Shown here one piece after another: positions 40,563-49,143 of a stretch of DNA of 64,000 nucleotides. The notes beneath the pieces were generated by a model. That model was not told the origin of the DNA, made no database searches, and worked only from the letters and a program-made list of their open reading frames with translations. The stretch is from Geopsychrobacteraceae bacterium (GTDB lineage Bacteria; Desulfobacterota; Desulfuromonadia; Desulfuromonadales; Geopsychrobacteraceae): positions 1,632,001 through 1,696,000 of the forward strand of contig CAXXTB010000002.1 in NCBI GenBank assembly GCA_963676795.2, written 5' to 3'. Position numbers and translations under genes: made by a program. The number at the start of each line of letters is the position of its first letter. Within the stretch, counting starts at the first letter, position 1.

Positions 40563-41350
40563 CGGACCACCAGCCTTCCCAACGGCAGGGATAAAAGTTC
40601 GACCGGACGCCGTTTGGCAGCAATTTCGATCGCCGTCTGCAAGGCCTGATTATAGGTCGAGGGTAATGTCTGCCACGCCATTTCGGCCGTGTTGAAAAAT
40701 CCAGCATATCGCCCATCCAGGCTCAGACAGAAAAGGCCAAGGCGTCCGAGGCGGAAAAGGTCAACCAGCAATGTCTGCTGATTCAGGGTTACCGTCTCTT
40801 GATAGGTTTCGATGCTGAAGCCATACTCGGCTTCAATCTGCAGGGCCTCCATCACCTTGCGATATTTTTCACTGACAGCCACTGCGGAATCATTCACCAG
40901 CTCGACCAGCCGCTCTATCCGTTGACTCCGTTCAGTCGTCAGAAACGGCAGATCATTATCGACAAGCTCTTTGATTTCAATGACCAGTCCCTTGAGAAAA
41001 GGATCGATCTGCTCGCTAATCTGTTCGATATCAGCTAACTGCTTTTCCTTGGCAACAACTCTCAAGCGGGCAGACTCAAGCTGATGTTTTAATTGTTCGA
41101 CGTCCTCCTGCTTGCCAGAACTCTCCTGCTGCAGACTTTCGTACCTGGAGATGAGCTTGTCCCTTTCCTGTCGCCACTCCTCCTCCTGTTTCTGCGTATT
41201 CTTCTGTGTTTTGATCGACTGCCGTACGGGGTCCTCTATCTTACGGCTGCTGTCTGCAACTGCAGATACAGCCCAACCCGGTAACGCCATAAAAAGAAGG
41301 GTCATAATTAGTAATCGATTTTTCCAAGTGGCTTTGGCATTCATGCTCAT
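40559..41350 (-). CDS. DUF3450 family periplasmic protein (TtpB-like)
   Basis: Signal peptide, DLPF...ER..RI, EKYRKV.EA..IE.EYG and LFRLGR motifs; first gene of the TonB2-type cluster. Confidence 0.85.
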   Translation of the reverse strand: MSMNAKATWKNRLLIMTLLFMALPGWAVSAVADSSRKIEDPVRQSIKTQKNTQKQEEEWRQERDKLISRYESLQQESSGKQEDVEQLKHQLESARLRVVAKEKQLADIEQISEQIDPFLKGLVIEIKELVDNDLPFLTTERSQRIERLVELVNDSAVAVSEKYRKVMEALQIEAEYGFSIETYQETVTLNQQTLLVDLFRLGRLGLFCLSLDGRYAGFFNTAEMAWQTLPSTYNQALQTAIEIAAKRRPVELLSLPLGRLVVR

Positions 41351-41372
41351 TCCTAACTCGTTTCAGCATCAC

Positions 41373-41407
41373 AAAAAATCCCCAGATCGCAATAGCGACC
41401 TGGGGAT
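41373..41407 (-). terminator. Expression-platform terminator of the downstream tandem riboswitch
   Basis: Minus strand ATCCCCAGGTCGC-TATT-GCGATCTGGGGAT followed by a U-tract. Confidence 0.85.
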
Positions 41408-41461
41408 GCCCTGTTATCCTCAAGTGATTAATGCCGGACCTTTGCCGAAGGTACGGTCAAT

Positions 41462-41623
41462 GTTTCAGGCAGGTCTTCTGACTTCCGGATCAATCTAGTC
41501 ACCGCACCTTCCCGTTCAATCTGAACAGTGGTTTATATCGCGGTTTTCGTCCCCGGTTACAGCGGCGGGCCCGTCCCCGATTTACACGGGGTTCCCTATC
41601 AAGCTCGTATGAGCACCTGAAAC
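41462..41623 (-). ncRNA. Cobalamin riboswitch (tandem unit 2)
   Basis: AGGGAACCCCGTGTAAATCGGGGACGGGCCCGCCGCTGTAACC...CCACTG...GGGAAGG...AAGTCAGAAGACCTGCC; P1 GTTTCAGG/CCTGAAAC. Confidence 0.95.
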
Positions 41624-41672
41624 CAATATTTAGTTATATAGTTGTGTCTTGTGCTATTCTGTCTGCAGTCAG

Positions 41673-41710
41673 AAAAAAAAATCCCCAGATCGCAATAACG
41701 ACCTGGGGAT
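41673..41710 (-). terminator. Expression-platform terminator of the upstream tandem riboswitch
   Basis: Minus strand ATCCCCAGGTCGT-TATT-GCGATCTGGGGAT followed by a long U-tract. Confidence 0.85.
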
Positions 41711-41773
41711 TCCCTGTTTATCCTCAAGTGACTTAAATACCGTACTCATTGCCAGAAGTCCGGTAACAATATT

Positions 41774-41933
41774 GATTCAGGCAGGTCTTCTGACTTCCGG
41801 ATCAGCCTAATCACCGCACCTTCCCGTTCTAACGAACAGTGGTTTTTTTGCGGTTTTCGTCCCCGGTTACAGCGGCGGGCCCGTCCCCGATTTGCACAGG
41901 GTTCCCTTTTAAGCTCAAATGAGCACCAGAATC
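41774..41933 (-). ncRNA. Cobalamin riboswitch (tandem unit 1)
   Basis: Same aptamer core as unit 2 and the 29.8 kb copy. Confidence 0.95.
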
Positions 41934-42032
41934 GTTTGATAGTTTTATATATTTCTCAAATACCCCTTATTGGCCTGACATCTCTGGCAAATTTATACTC
42001 GTAATCCTATGAATGACCTAAAAAGTATGCGC

Positions 42033-42061
42033 AAGATATATCACTCTTATATAAGAGTCAA
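42033..42061 (-). promoter_or_regulatory. Putative sigma70 promoter of the uptake operon with an overlapping palindrome
   Basis: Minus strand TTGACT-17 nt-TATCTT; perfect 16-bp palindrome ACTCTTATATAAGAGT at 42043-42058. Confidence 0.5.
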
Positions 42062-42126
42062 TAGTCATTTTTTATTTTCACATATATTGTGAGATATTGT
42101 GGGTTTTATCGACTGATCGTGTCCTG

Positions 42127-42663
42127 TCAAAAAAAGACCATACTGAAATAGGTGACGGTTTTTGGACCGTTATAGTACTTGATCTGACACTCCTTGGCCA
42201 CGCGCATCACCAGGATACCGTACCCTTCCGCGGCCGGGTACATCCGTTCAGGAAAGCGGCATGGAGCGTCAGGATAGGTGCATGATTCACAGATTTCACA
42301 AGCACCTGCAGAAAGGACAAGGGCTTCAGGATTCTGCGCCCTGAAAAGCGTTGCGATCTGATCCGTCACCTTTTCATGTTCCTTGGCCGCCGTGGCCCAA
42401 CCGTCCATATCATAGGTCTTTTTCAGCTGTGCTACAGTAGAGAAGACAAACATCTGATCGTAAGCCAGGCATTTATTTTTACAGTCCTCAAGGCTTCCTG
42501 ATGCCGGTTGACAGGCCCATGACACCCCGTATTTGCCACATTTGTTCTGTTGGCACATTGAGCGAACCTCTTCGAGAAAGGTCACAGCTGAAGGCTCAAG
42601 AAAGGCATATTCATGAATCGGCAGATTTTCGATTTCCTGCAGGATATTGGCTTTAATAGACAT
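42127..42663 (-). CDS. DUF2284 family predicted metal-binding protein
   Basis: C...C.KYG..W.C.P and AG.C..C..C......CRFP....P..E.YGI Cys motifs. Confidence 0.8.
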   Translation of the reverse strand: MSIKANILQEIENLPIHEYAFLEPSAVTFLEEVRSMCQQNKCGKYGVSWACQPASGSLEDCKNKCLAYDQMFVFSTVAQLKKTYDMDGWATAAKEHEKVTDQIATLFRAQNPEALVLSAGACEICESCTYPDAPCRFPERMYPAAEGYGILVMRVAKECQIKYYNGPKTVTYFSMVFF

Positions 42664-42707
42664 CGTTAGTGCTCACTTTGCTACCAGTATTTGACTGGCA
42701 CGACGAA

Positions 42708-43307
42708 TTAGAGTTCTACTCCGATGCTCTTCAGCACGCAGAGCTTCTCATTTTTATAAAAATTCACATGGGTCAAAGACTGGTAACCGATCGACAAGCG
42801 ATAGAAGAGATACGGATTCTCCCAGCCGATATTCAGGATATGAGCGATCAACAGACGGATGGTTCCACCGTGCAAGACAATCAGCGTATCCTGGTCCACA
42901 GATTCCAGGCATCTATCCCAGGCCGACGCCACCCTCCGATAAGCTTGGTCGAGAGGCTCGGCGTCGGGGAGAGGATTTTCAACCGGGTTCTCCCAGAAGG
43001 CATCTAAAACCTCTCTCTGCTCCACCAGCTGGTCAAAGGGGCTGCCGTCATAGAGACCGAAATGAAGCTCCCTGAGATCCGGCTCAAGATCAACCTTAAG
43101 AGCAGGATTGCGCGTTGCCAACATGTCAGCCAGTTGCCGACAACGCTGCAGCGGCGAGGTAATGATTCGGGAATATGAGAAATCGCAACGGGATAACCGC
43201 TCAGCGATTTCTTCCTGAACCGCTATGGACACCGGCACATCCGTCGAGCCGTTCAATGCCGGAGGGCCTTCTGTCTTACCATGCCTTAAAAGATAAATAT
43301 TATGCAT
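42708..43307 (-). CDS. cobC: Histidine phosphatase, probable alpha-ribazole/adenosylcobalamin-5'-phosphate phosphatase
   Basis: LLRHG.T, SPLQRC, LRELHFG, HGGTIR motifs; inside the cob operon. Confidence 0.8.
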   Translation of the reverse strand: MHNIYLLRHGKTEGPPALNGSTDVPVSIAVQEEIAERLSRCDFSYSRIITSPLQRCRQLADMLATRNPALKVDLEPDLRELHFGLYDGSPFDQLVEQREVLDAFWENPVENPLPDAEPLDQAYRRVASAWDRCLESVDQDTLIVLHGGTIRLLIAHILNIGWENPYLFYRLSIGYQSLTHVNFYKNEKLCVLKSIGVEL

Positions 43308-43384
43308 TACAGCAGCCTACAGACGGTTGTTAATGTTTTGCATGAGCTGTATAGCCAGTTGAGGTTTCAGTGATCCATGTGCTA

Positions 43385-44209
43385 TCACCGATCCAGACTC
43401 GCTACGGCCCTGACAACAGCAGCGACATCTGAACAGATCAGATGTTGCTGCGTATAAACGGCAGGACGCCTTATCAACACAACCTGGCAGGATTCGAGCC
43501 TGGCGGCTTCAAGTTTTTCGTCAACTCCACCACGCGTTCCGCTGTCCTTGGTCACCATCACCTTAATGCCAAACTTTTTTATCAGCGACCGATTCTGTTC
43601 GATTGTAAATGGACCACGCTCTGCGATCCGATAACGGTCTTCAAGTCCGGCCGCGTCACAAGCTTCAAGCGATTCCGAATGCGGCAGGATCCGCGCATAA
43701 ATTGGAAGGCCGGTCTTCCGGGCCATTGCTACATAGGGTTCCAGATGGCGAGAACCGGTTGTTAGCAAAACGGGCAGAGCCAACTTTTCGAGCAGAGCGG
43801 CCGCCTCTTCGTGACTGTCAACTTCGAACAGATTCCGCGCCTCATGATAGTCTCCAAATTGCCGTTGAAAACGGATAAATGCAAGACCTGTCTCACGAAT
43901 CACTGTCACCAGGGTTTCATGCAGCTGCGATGCAAAAGGATGACTGGCATCGATCACCAGGCGAACATTATTTTCTCCAGCCAGGCGTTTGATGGCGGCA
44001 ACATCCAGACGACCGCAACGCCGCCGAATCAACGGGTGATAGCCAACGTCAAGCTCTGCATCGGTCGCAGTTGATACAAGAACCTTATGTCCTGCCTGAG
44101 CGAGTGCTGTGGCAAGTGCTGCCGTTTCAGAGGTTCCGCCAAAGAGCAGGATCATCGCAGCATCCCGTTGAGATATAAGTGAAAAAACATCGGCTACGCC
44201 CCTATTCAC
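43385..44209 (-). CDS. cbiJ: Precorrin-6A/cobalt-precorrin-6A reductase (start probably ATG 44155)
   Basis: ILLFGGTSE, IDASHPFA, LTTGS, GPF, VTKDSG..GG..EK..AA, I.RP motifs. Confidence 0.92.
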   Translation of the reverse strand: MNRGVADVFSLISQRDAAMILLFGGTSETAALATALAQAGHKVLVSTATDAELDVGYHPLIRRRCGRLDVAAIKRLAGENNVRLVIDASHPFASQLHETLVTVIRETGLAFIRFQRQFGDYHEARNLFEVDSHEEAAALLEKLALPVLLTTGSRHLEPYVAMARKTGLPIYARILPHSESLEACDAAGLEDRYRIAERGPFTIEQNRSLIKKFGIKVMVTKDSGTRGGVDEKLEAARLESCQVVLIRRPAVYTQQHLICSDVAAVVRAVASLDR

Positions 44210-45470
44210 CTTGAAGACCGAACAATGTATTTACCGTATCAATATACAGACTGCGGTCTGGATCCATACTCATCTGCTTGAGAATACGTGTCGGATGATG
44301 CAGAATCTTATTGATCAGGGCAGTGGTTCTTTCTTCTATGGTCTGCCTATCAGCTTCGCCGAGCGAACCGATCTGGGCCAGGGTTCTGGCAACTTCCTGA
44401 CGACCGAGCTCTTCAAGGTGAGAACGCAGCGCTACAATCGTCGGCTTGACCTCCAGGGAGGCCAGCCAGGCCGTAAACTGAACGACTTCAGCCGAGATGA
44501 TTTCCTCGGCCCGAAGTGCCTCCTTCTGACGTTCCAACAGATTAGCCTGAACGACACCGTTCAGATCATCGACATCGTAAAGATAAACATGGTTCAGGCT
44601 GTTGACCCCAGGCTCGACATCCCTGGGCACGGCAATATCGATGATAAAGATCGGGCTATAGCGTCGCTTGCGAGCGATCTCCCTGAGCATTTTTTCAGTC
44701 ACGATATAATCCGGTGAGCCGGTAGACGACAGAACGATGTCCGCACTGGCCAACGCCGTTTCCAGATGATCGAAAGGAACGGCGCTGGCGTTAAAACTGT
44801 CCGCCAGCTTCTGTGCCCGGCTGAATGTTCGGTTGATGACCGAAACCTCGGAGACCCCATGCGAGATAAAATGCCTGGCGGCCAGCTCACACATTTCCCC
44901 GGCACCGATCAACAGAACATGTCTGCCAGCAAAGGACTCAAAAACCTTGCGCGCCAGTTCAACGGCAGCAAAGGATATTGATACGGCATGACTGGCAATC
45001 GCTGTCTCACTGCGGACCCGCTTGGCAACTGAAAAGGTCTTATGGAGAAGACGATTCAGAATAGGCCCGGTGCTTTTGGTCTCACAGGCATGACCATAAG
45101 CGCTCTTGATCTGACCGAGAATCTGCGGCTCACCGATGACCATCGAATCAAGGCTTGAAGCGACACGCAGCAGATGGCGAACGGCCTCTTCACCACTCAG
45201 GTCATAGAGATGGGGGGCCAGATCGGCAAAAGGGAGATGATGACAGTCCGCCAGATAGTGCCGCAATGCGTAGATGCCGACATCAGCCTGCGGACAGACC
45301 GCATACAACTCGACACGATTACAGGTTGAGACAATCAATCCCTCGCTGACCGCTGGCAGAGCCAATAGCTCCTGCAACGACTGCTCTATCCGGCTTGGGT
45401 CAAAAGCGACTTTCTCCCTGATTTCGACCGGAGCCGTTTTATGACTGAGTCCTACGACGACAATTTCCAT
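44202..45470 (-). CDS. hemA: Glutamyl-tRNA reductase
   Basis: HKTAPVEIRE, STCNRVELY, SLDSMVIGEPQILGQ, IGAGEM, DIAVPRD motifs. Confidence 0.97.
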   Translation of the reverse strand: MEIVVVGLSHKTAPVEIREKVAFDPSRIEQSLQELLALPAVSEGLIVSTCNRVELYAVCPQADVGIYALRHYLADCHHLPFADLAPHLYDLSGEEAVRHLLRVASSLDSMVIGEPQILGQIKSAYGHACETKSTGPILNRLLHKTFSVAKRVRSETAIASHAVSISFAAVELARKVFESFAGRHVLLIGAGEMCELAARHFISHGVSEVSVINRTFSRAQKLADSFNASAVPFDHLETALASADIVLSSTGSPDYIVTEKMLREIARKRRYSPIFIIDIAVPRDVEPGVNSLNHVYLYDVDDLNGVVQANLLERQKEALRAEEIISAEVVQFTAWLASLEVKPTIVALRSHLEELGRQEVARTLAQIGSLGEADRQTIEERTTALINKILHHPTRILKQMSMDPDRSLYIDTVNTLFGLQGE

Positions 45471-45550
45471 GAACTTAAGTAAATCCTGGGCAACTTAAAA
45501 ACCAGCCGTGCAGCACAGTCATTCCTCAACTGTGCCGCACGAAGACTGAA

Positions 45551-46273
45551 TTATTTATAATAGCCCCTTGGGGTCACCATTCTGCCTTCAATGATCTCGG
45601 TGGTACTGCTGCCGATGATCACAATCGAATTCATGCCGATCTCTTCATCCAGAAAATGCTCCAGATCGGAGATGACGACCTGCTGTTCCTCCCGGCTTGC
45701 CGCCGTGACGATTCCGACCGGGGTTGTGGGCGGTCTCTGTTCTCCGAAAATAGCGGCAGCTTCATCGAGATGCTTGATCCGCTTTTTGCTGCGAGGATTA
45801 TAGAGAGAAACGACCATATCGGCCTGAGCAATCGCCTTGAGCCGGTTAACGATCTGCTCCCAGGGAACAAGCAGGTCACTTAAACTGATAATCGCCGAAT
45901 CGAGCATCAACGGCGCGCCCAGTTGTGCAGCGGCGGCATTGGCAGCGCTGACTCCTGGAACCGCTTCGATCTCGACTGTATGTTTTTCCGCAGCAGCCAT
46001 TTCCATGGCCAGGCCGGCCATCCCGTAAATCCCGGCATCACCGGAGGAGATCAGGGAGACGATCTGACCGGCCTCTGCCGCTTCCAGGGCGGCCTTACAG
46101 CGTTCTGACTCCTTCATCATACCAGTCGAAATGGTTTCCTGCCCATCGAGCAGATCCTGAATCTGTTCAATATAGGGGGTGTAACCAACGATCAGCGAGC
46201 TGCTGCGAATGGCATTTTCAGCCCGCACAGTTCTGTCCAGCGGATTGCCTGGCCCTATGCCAACGACGAACAA
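45551..46273 (-). CDS. cbiH: Precorrin-3B/cobalt-factor III C17-methyltransferase
   Basis: VVGIGPG, SSGDAGIYGMA, GAPLM.D...ISLSDLL.PW, YNPRS, TPRGY motifs. Confidence 0.95.
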   Translation of the reverse strand: MFVVGIGPGNPLDRTVRAENAIRSSSLIVGYTPYIEQIQDLLDGQETISTGMMKESERCKAALEAAEAGQIVSLISSGDAGIYGMAGLAMEMAAAEKHTVEIEAVPGVSAANAAAAQLGAPLMLDSAIISLSDLLVPWEQIVNRLKAIAQADMVVSLYNPRSKKRIKHLDEAAAIFGEQRPPTTPVGIVTAASREEQQVVISDLEHFLDEEIGMNSIVIIGSSTTEIIEGRMVTPRGYYK

Positions 46274-47034
46274 TTTTCCTTTGCTACTGCTACGGTTATC
46301 CCGTCCAGTGCTTGTTTCCTGACGATTAATGACGTCCTCCTTCCGGCCAATAAAGCCGCTGGCTCGGCAACCGCCGGCAATGCGACTCTGGCACTGACAA
46401 ATTCTGAAGTTTCAAATGCGTTGGGACAATTGCGGATGCTCTCATCGGCAATGATCCGTAGCGGAATATCAAGCTGCTTTGCTGCTTCTATCAAACCGAC
46501 CTCATCGGCCTTGATCCCGGCCGATGCGATGTAACGAACCTGGTCGAGCGCCAGGAGATGATCGTCCAGAACCTGGCGAATGGCCGCAACGATCTCTTCG
46601 GTTCCCTTGCCACGCCGGCAGCCGACGCCGACAATCAGGTCTTTGACCGCTTCTGTGGTCGTTGAAATAACCGGTTCCCCATCGATCAGGTTGGCAACCT
46701 GAACTGCCAGGTCATTAGCGCCGCCTTCATGACCGCTGAGCAAGCTGACCACATGGCGCCCGCCGACATCGGCAACGACCACCGCCGGATCCTTGTATTT
46801 ACTGCTGGGACAGCCCGCCAGAGAGCGGACAACCACACCGCAGGGCGCGACATAGATCAGACCGTCGAAATGCGGGAACAGCTGCGGCGTCAATTCCAGA
46901 ACCCGGGCGAAATGCGTCACCCCTTCAGCGACCACAGCTTCGTGAAGGTAGATTTTCAGGTCAGGAAGCCCCTGCTGAATCTGGCGGCAGACTTTCAGCC
47001 CCTGTTCAGAAAAGGTGACGGCCGCCAGTCTCAT
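46255..47034 (-). CDS. cbiG: Cobalt-precorrin-5A hydrolase
   Basis: K.KDPAVVV.D, SLLSGHEGGAN.LA, GVGCRRG, KADE.GL, VAEPAAL motifs. Confidence 0.93.
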   Translation of the reverse strand: MRLAAVTFSEQGLKVCRQIQQGLPDLKIYLHEAVVAEGVTHFARVLELTPQLFPHFDGLIYVAPCGVVVRSLAGCPSSKYKDPAVVVADVGGRHVVSLLSGHEGGANDLAVQVANLIDGEPVISTTTEAVKDLIVGVGCRRGKGTEEIVAAIRQVLDDHLLALDQVRYIASAGIKADEVGLIEAAKQLDIPLRIIADESIRNCPNAFETSEFVSARVALPAVAEPAALLAGRRTSLIVRKQALDGITVAVAKENCSSLA

Positions 47035-47789
47035 GGGTTCTCTCCCTGACGGTAACCATGGGTGAACTGACGATGGTAGAGTTTGGAAACCGGAATATCG
47101 CGTGACAGAGCCTGGCCGACAACGATCATTGCCGTCTTACGGATATCCGCCGATTCAACCTTAGTGGCGATATCCTCGAGGGTGCCGCGGATAATCTGCT
47201 GATCCGGCCAGGAGGCATGGAAAACAACGGCTATTGGACAGTCGCTGCCATAAAAACGGGCCAGTTCCTTCGCCACTTCATCGATTTTATGTACCGACAG
47301 AAACAGGCACAGGGTAGAACGGCTTTGCGCCAGAATATCAAGTTCTTCCTTTTCCGGCATCGGTGTCCGCCCGGAAGTCCGGCTGAGGATGATGGTCTGC
47401 GAAACCTCAGGTGCTGTCAGTTCGGTGTTCAGAGCCGCGGCTGCTGCCTGGAAAGAGCTGACCCCCGGCACGACCTCATATTCAATACCGAGCTCGTCGA
47501 GGCTGTTCATCTGTTCACGGATCGCGCCATAGATGGAAGGATCCCCGGTATGCAGACGGACCAGGTCCTCCCCTTCATCCCTGGCCTGGGCAAAGACCAC
47601 TTCCATATCCTCAAGAGTCATGCCCGCGGAATCGTAGAGTTTTGTTCCTTCTCCACACTGGGCGACGACATCAGGGCTAACCAGAGAACCGGCATAGATG
47701 CAGTAGGTGCAGCTTTTCAGCAGACGCTGGGCCTTAAGGGTCAACAGTTCCGGATCTCCCGGTCCGGCACCGACAAAAAATACCTTCAT
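47031..47789 (-). CDS. cbiF: Precorrin-4/cobalt-precorrin-4 C11-methyltransferase
   Basis: GAGPGDPELLT, YAGSLV, RLHTGDPSIYGAI.EQ, SQTII..R, ASWPDQ, SKLY...F.H motifs. Confidence 0.96.
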   Translation of the reverse strand: MKVFFVGAGPGDPELLTLKAQRLLKSCTYCIYAGSLVSPDVVAQCGEGTKLYDSAGMTLEDMEVVFAQARDEGEDLVRLHTGDPSIYGAIREQMNSLDELGIEYEVVPGVSSFQAAAAALNTELTAPEVSQTIILSRTSGRTPMPEKEELDILAQSRSTLCLFLSVHKIDEVAKELARFYGSDCPIAVVFHASWPDQQIIRGTLEDIATKVESADIRKTAMIVVGQALSRDIPVSKLYHRQFTHGYRQGENP

Positions 47790-48508
47790 GACTTTCCTTC
47801 CGTTTGAATGAGAATAACTGCCAGGTTGCCTGTTTCTGGGCCTTCACCACGCAACCTGCGTAAATCTGTTTCAATGCGCTGGCCAGGCAAACCGGCACGG
47901 GCAATAAAAACCGCATGATCGATCAGATCTTCCTGTTCCAGCAGCTCAATCAGATCAGGCAAGAACTTGCCAATTTTCATCAGCACCAGGGTGCCTCCCG
48001 AGCTGAAGGCCTTACGGACATCATCCACAACCTTGACCGAGGGGATTATGGTCAAAGGTCTGGTTGTGGTTCCCAGAGCGAAATGGGTCAGCGCCGCGGC
48101 ATGAGAAACGGAACTGATCCCCGGGATGATCTCGACAGGGACATCGGACCAGAGATCCTTGAGTGCCTGCAGCAGATAGTAAGATGTTGAGTAAAGTTGC
48201 GGATCCCCCAGGGTGACAAAGGCGATACTTTCACCACCTTTGAGCTGATCGCAGATTTCTTGTGCCGTTGTCTGCCAATGCAGCTTGCGTTGGACAGGAT
48301 TGCGATCCGCCGAAAAGCTCACCTCACGGATCCGTGCTTTGTCTGACGCATGTTGATCAACGACGTCGCGTAACCAGGTTTCCCGGCTCAGATGCGAAGC
48401 CGGAACGTAGATCAGGCTTGCAGTCGACAGAACCCTGGCGGCCTTGAGCGTCAGCAACTCGGGGTCTCCCGGACCGACACCGACGATGGACAAGTTAGCT
48501 ATGGTCAT
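47786..48508 (-). CDS. cbiL: Precorrin-2/cobalt-factor II C20-methyltransferase-like protein (paralog 2)
   Basis: VGVGPGDPELLTLKA, FVTLGDP.LYST, IPGISS, VLMK motifs. Confidence 0.8.
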   Translation of the reverse strand: MTIANLSIVGVGPGDPELLTLKAARVLSTASLIYVPASHLSRETWLRDVVDQHASDKARIREVSFSADRNPVQRKLHWQTTAQEICDQLKGGESIAFVTLGDPQLYSTSYYLLQALKDLWSDVPVEIIPGISSVSHAAALTHFALGTTTRPLTIIPSVKVVDDVRKAFSSGGTLVLMKIGKFLPDLIELLEQEDLIDHAVFIARAGLPGQRIETDLRRLRGEGPETGNLAVILIQTEGKS

Positions 48509-49143
48509 AACAAGTGGTCTTTCTTCAGCAGAATCAGAATCGTTCGCGAGGCAAACTCCGTCGCCAGCAGTGCATCCGCGCTGACAAAGTGACGAATCCG
48601 TTCAGAATCGAGGGTCAGATCCTCACAGGCAACCAGCAGATAATCCGGACCGCGGCGGTTCAGCAGGTCGGCACACCACTCAATCGCCTCACGGGTTCCG
48701 GCCAGCACGGCAATCTTGTCGAAATGGTCGAGGACCTCATCCGCAACCTGCGGGATCCGGCCGTGAGCACTCAGGGTCAGCGCATCACTCCACTCCAGCG
48801 CCAACCGGGAAAAAGCCAGCTGCAGAGAGCTGATACCAGGGATAACCCGGCAGTTGCCGCGACCAAAGCGGGCAATAACCATACGGGCAAGGCTGTAGAA
48901 CCCTGAATCTCCGCTGACCAGGACGACGATACGTCGGCTTGTGAGATCCTCCATCTGATCCAGGGCCTCGGTCATGACCCCTTTCGCTGCTATGCGCAAC
49001 TGGCCAACGGCAGGAAACAGCTGTAGCAGATGAGGAGCACCAACTAGCACCTCAGCCTGCTCGATCTCTCGCTGAGCAGTTGGGAAGAGGTAATCGGGAT
49101 GTCCCGGACCGCAGCCGACTATGACAATAGGTTGACGCTTCAT
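48505..49143 (-). CDS. cbiE: Cobalt-precorrin-7 C5-methyltransferase (stand-alone, no CbiT domain)
   Basis: IVGCGPG, VLVSGD.GFYS, IPGISSLQLAF.RL...W, SAHGR, E.L....ERI motifs; about 212 aa. Confidence 0.9.
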   Translation of the reverse strand: MKRQPIVIVGCGPGHPDYLFPTAQREIEQAEVLVGAPHLLQLFPAVGQLRIAAKGVMTEALDQMEDLTSRRIVVLVSGDSGFYSLARMVIARFGRGNCRVIPGISSLQLAFSRLALEWSDALTLSAHGRIPQVADEVLDHFDKIAVLAGTREAIEWCADLLNRRGPDYLLVACEDLTLDSERIRHFVSADALLATEFASRTILILLKKDHLL

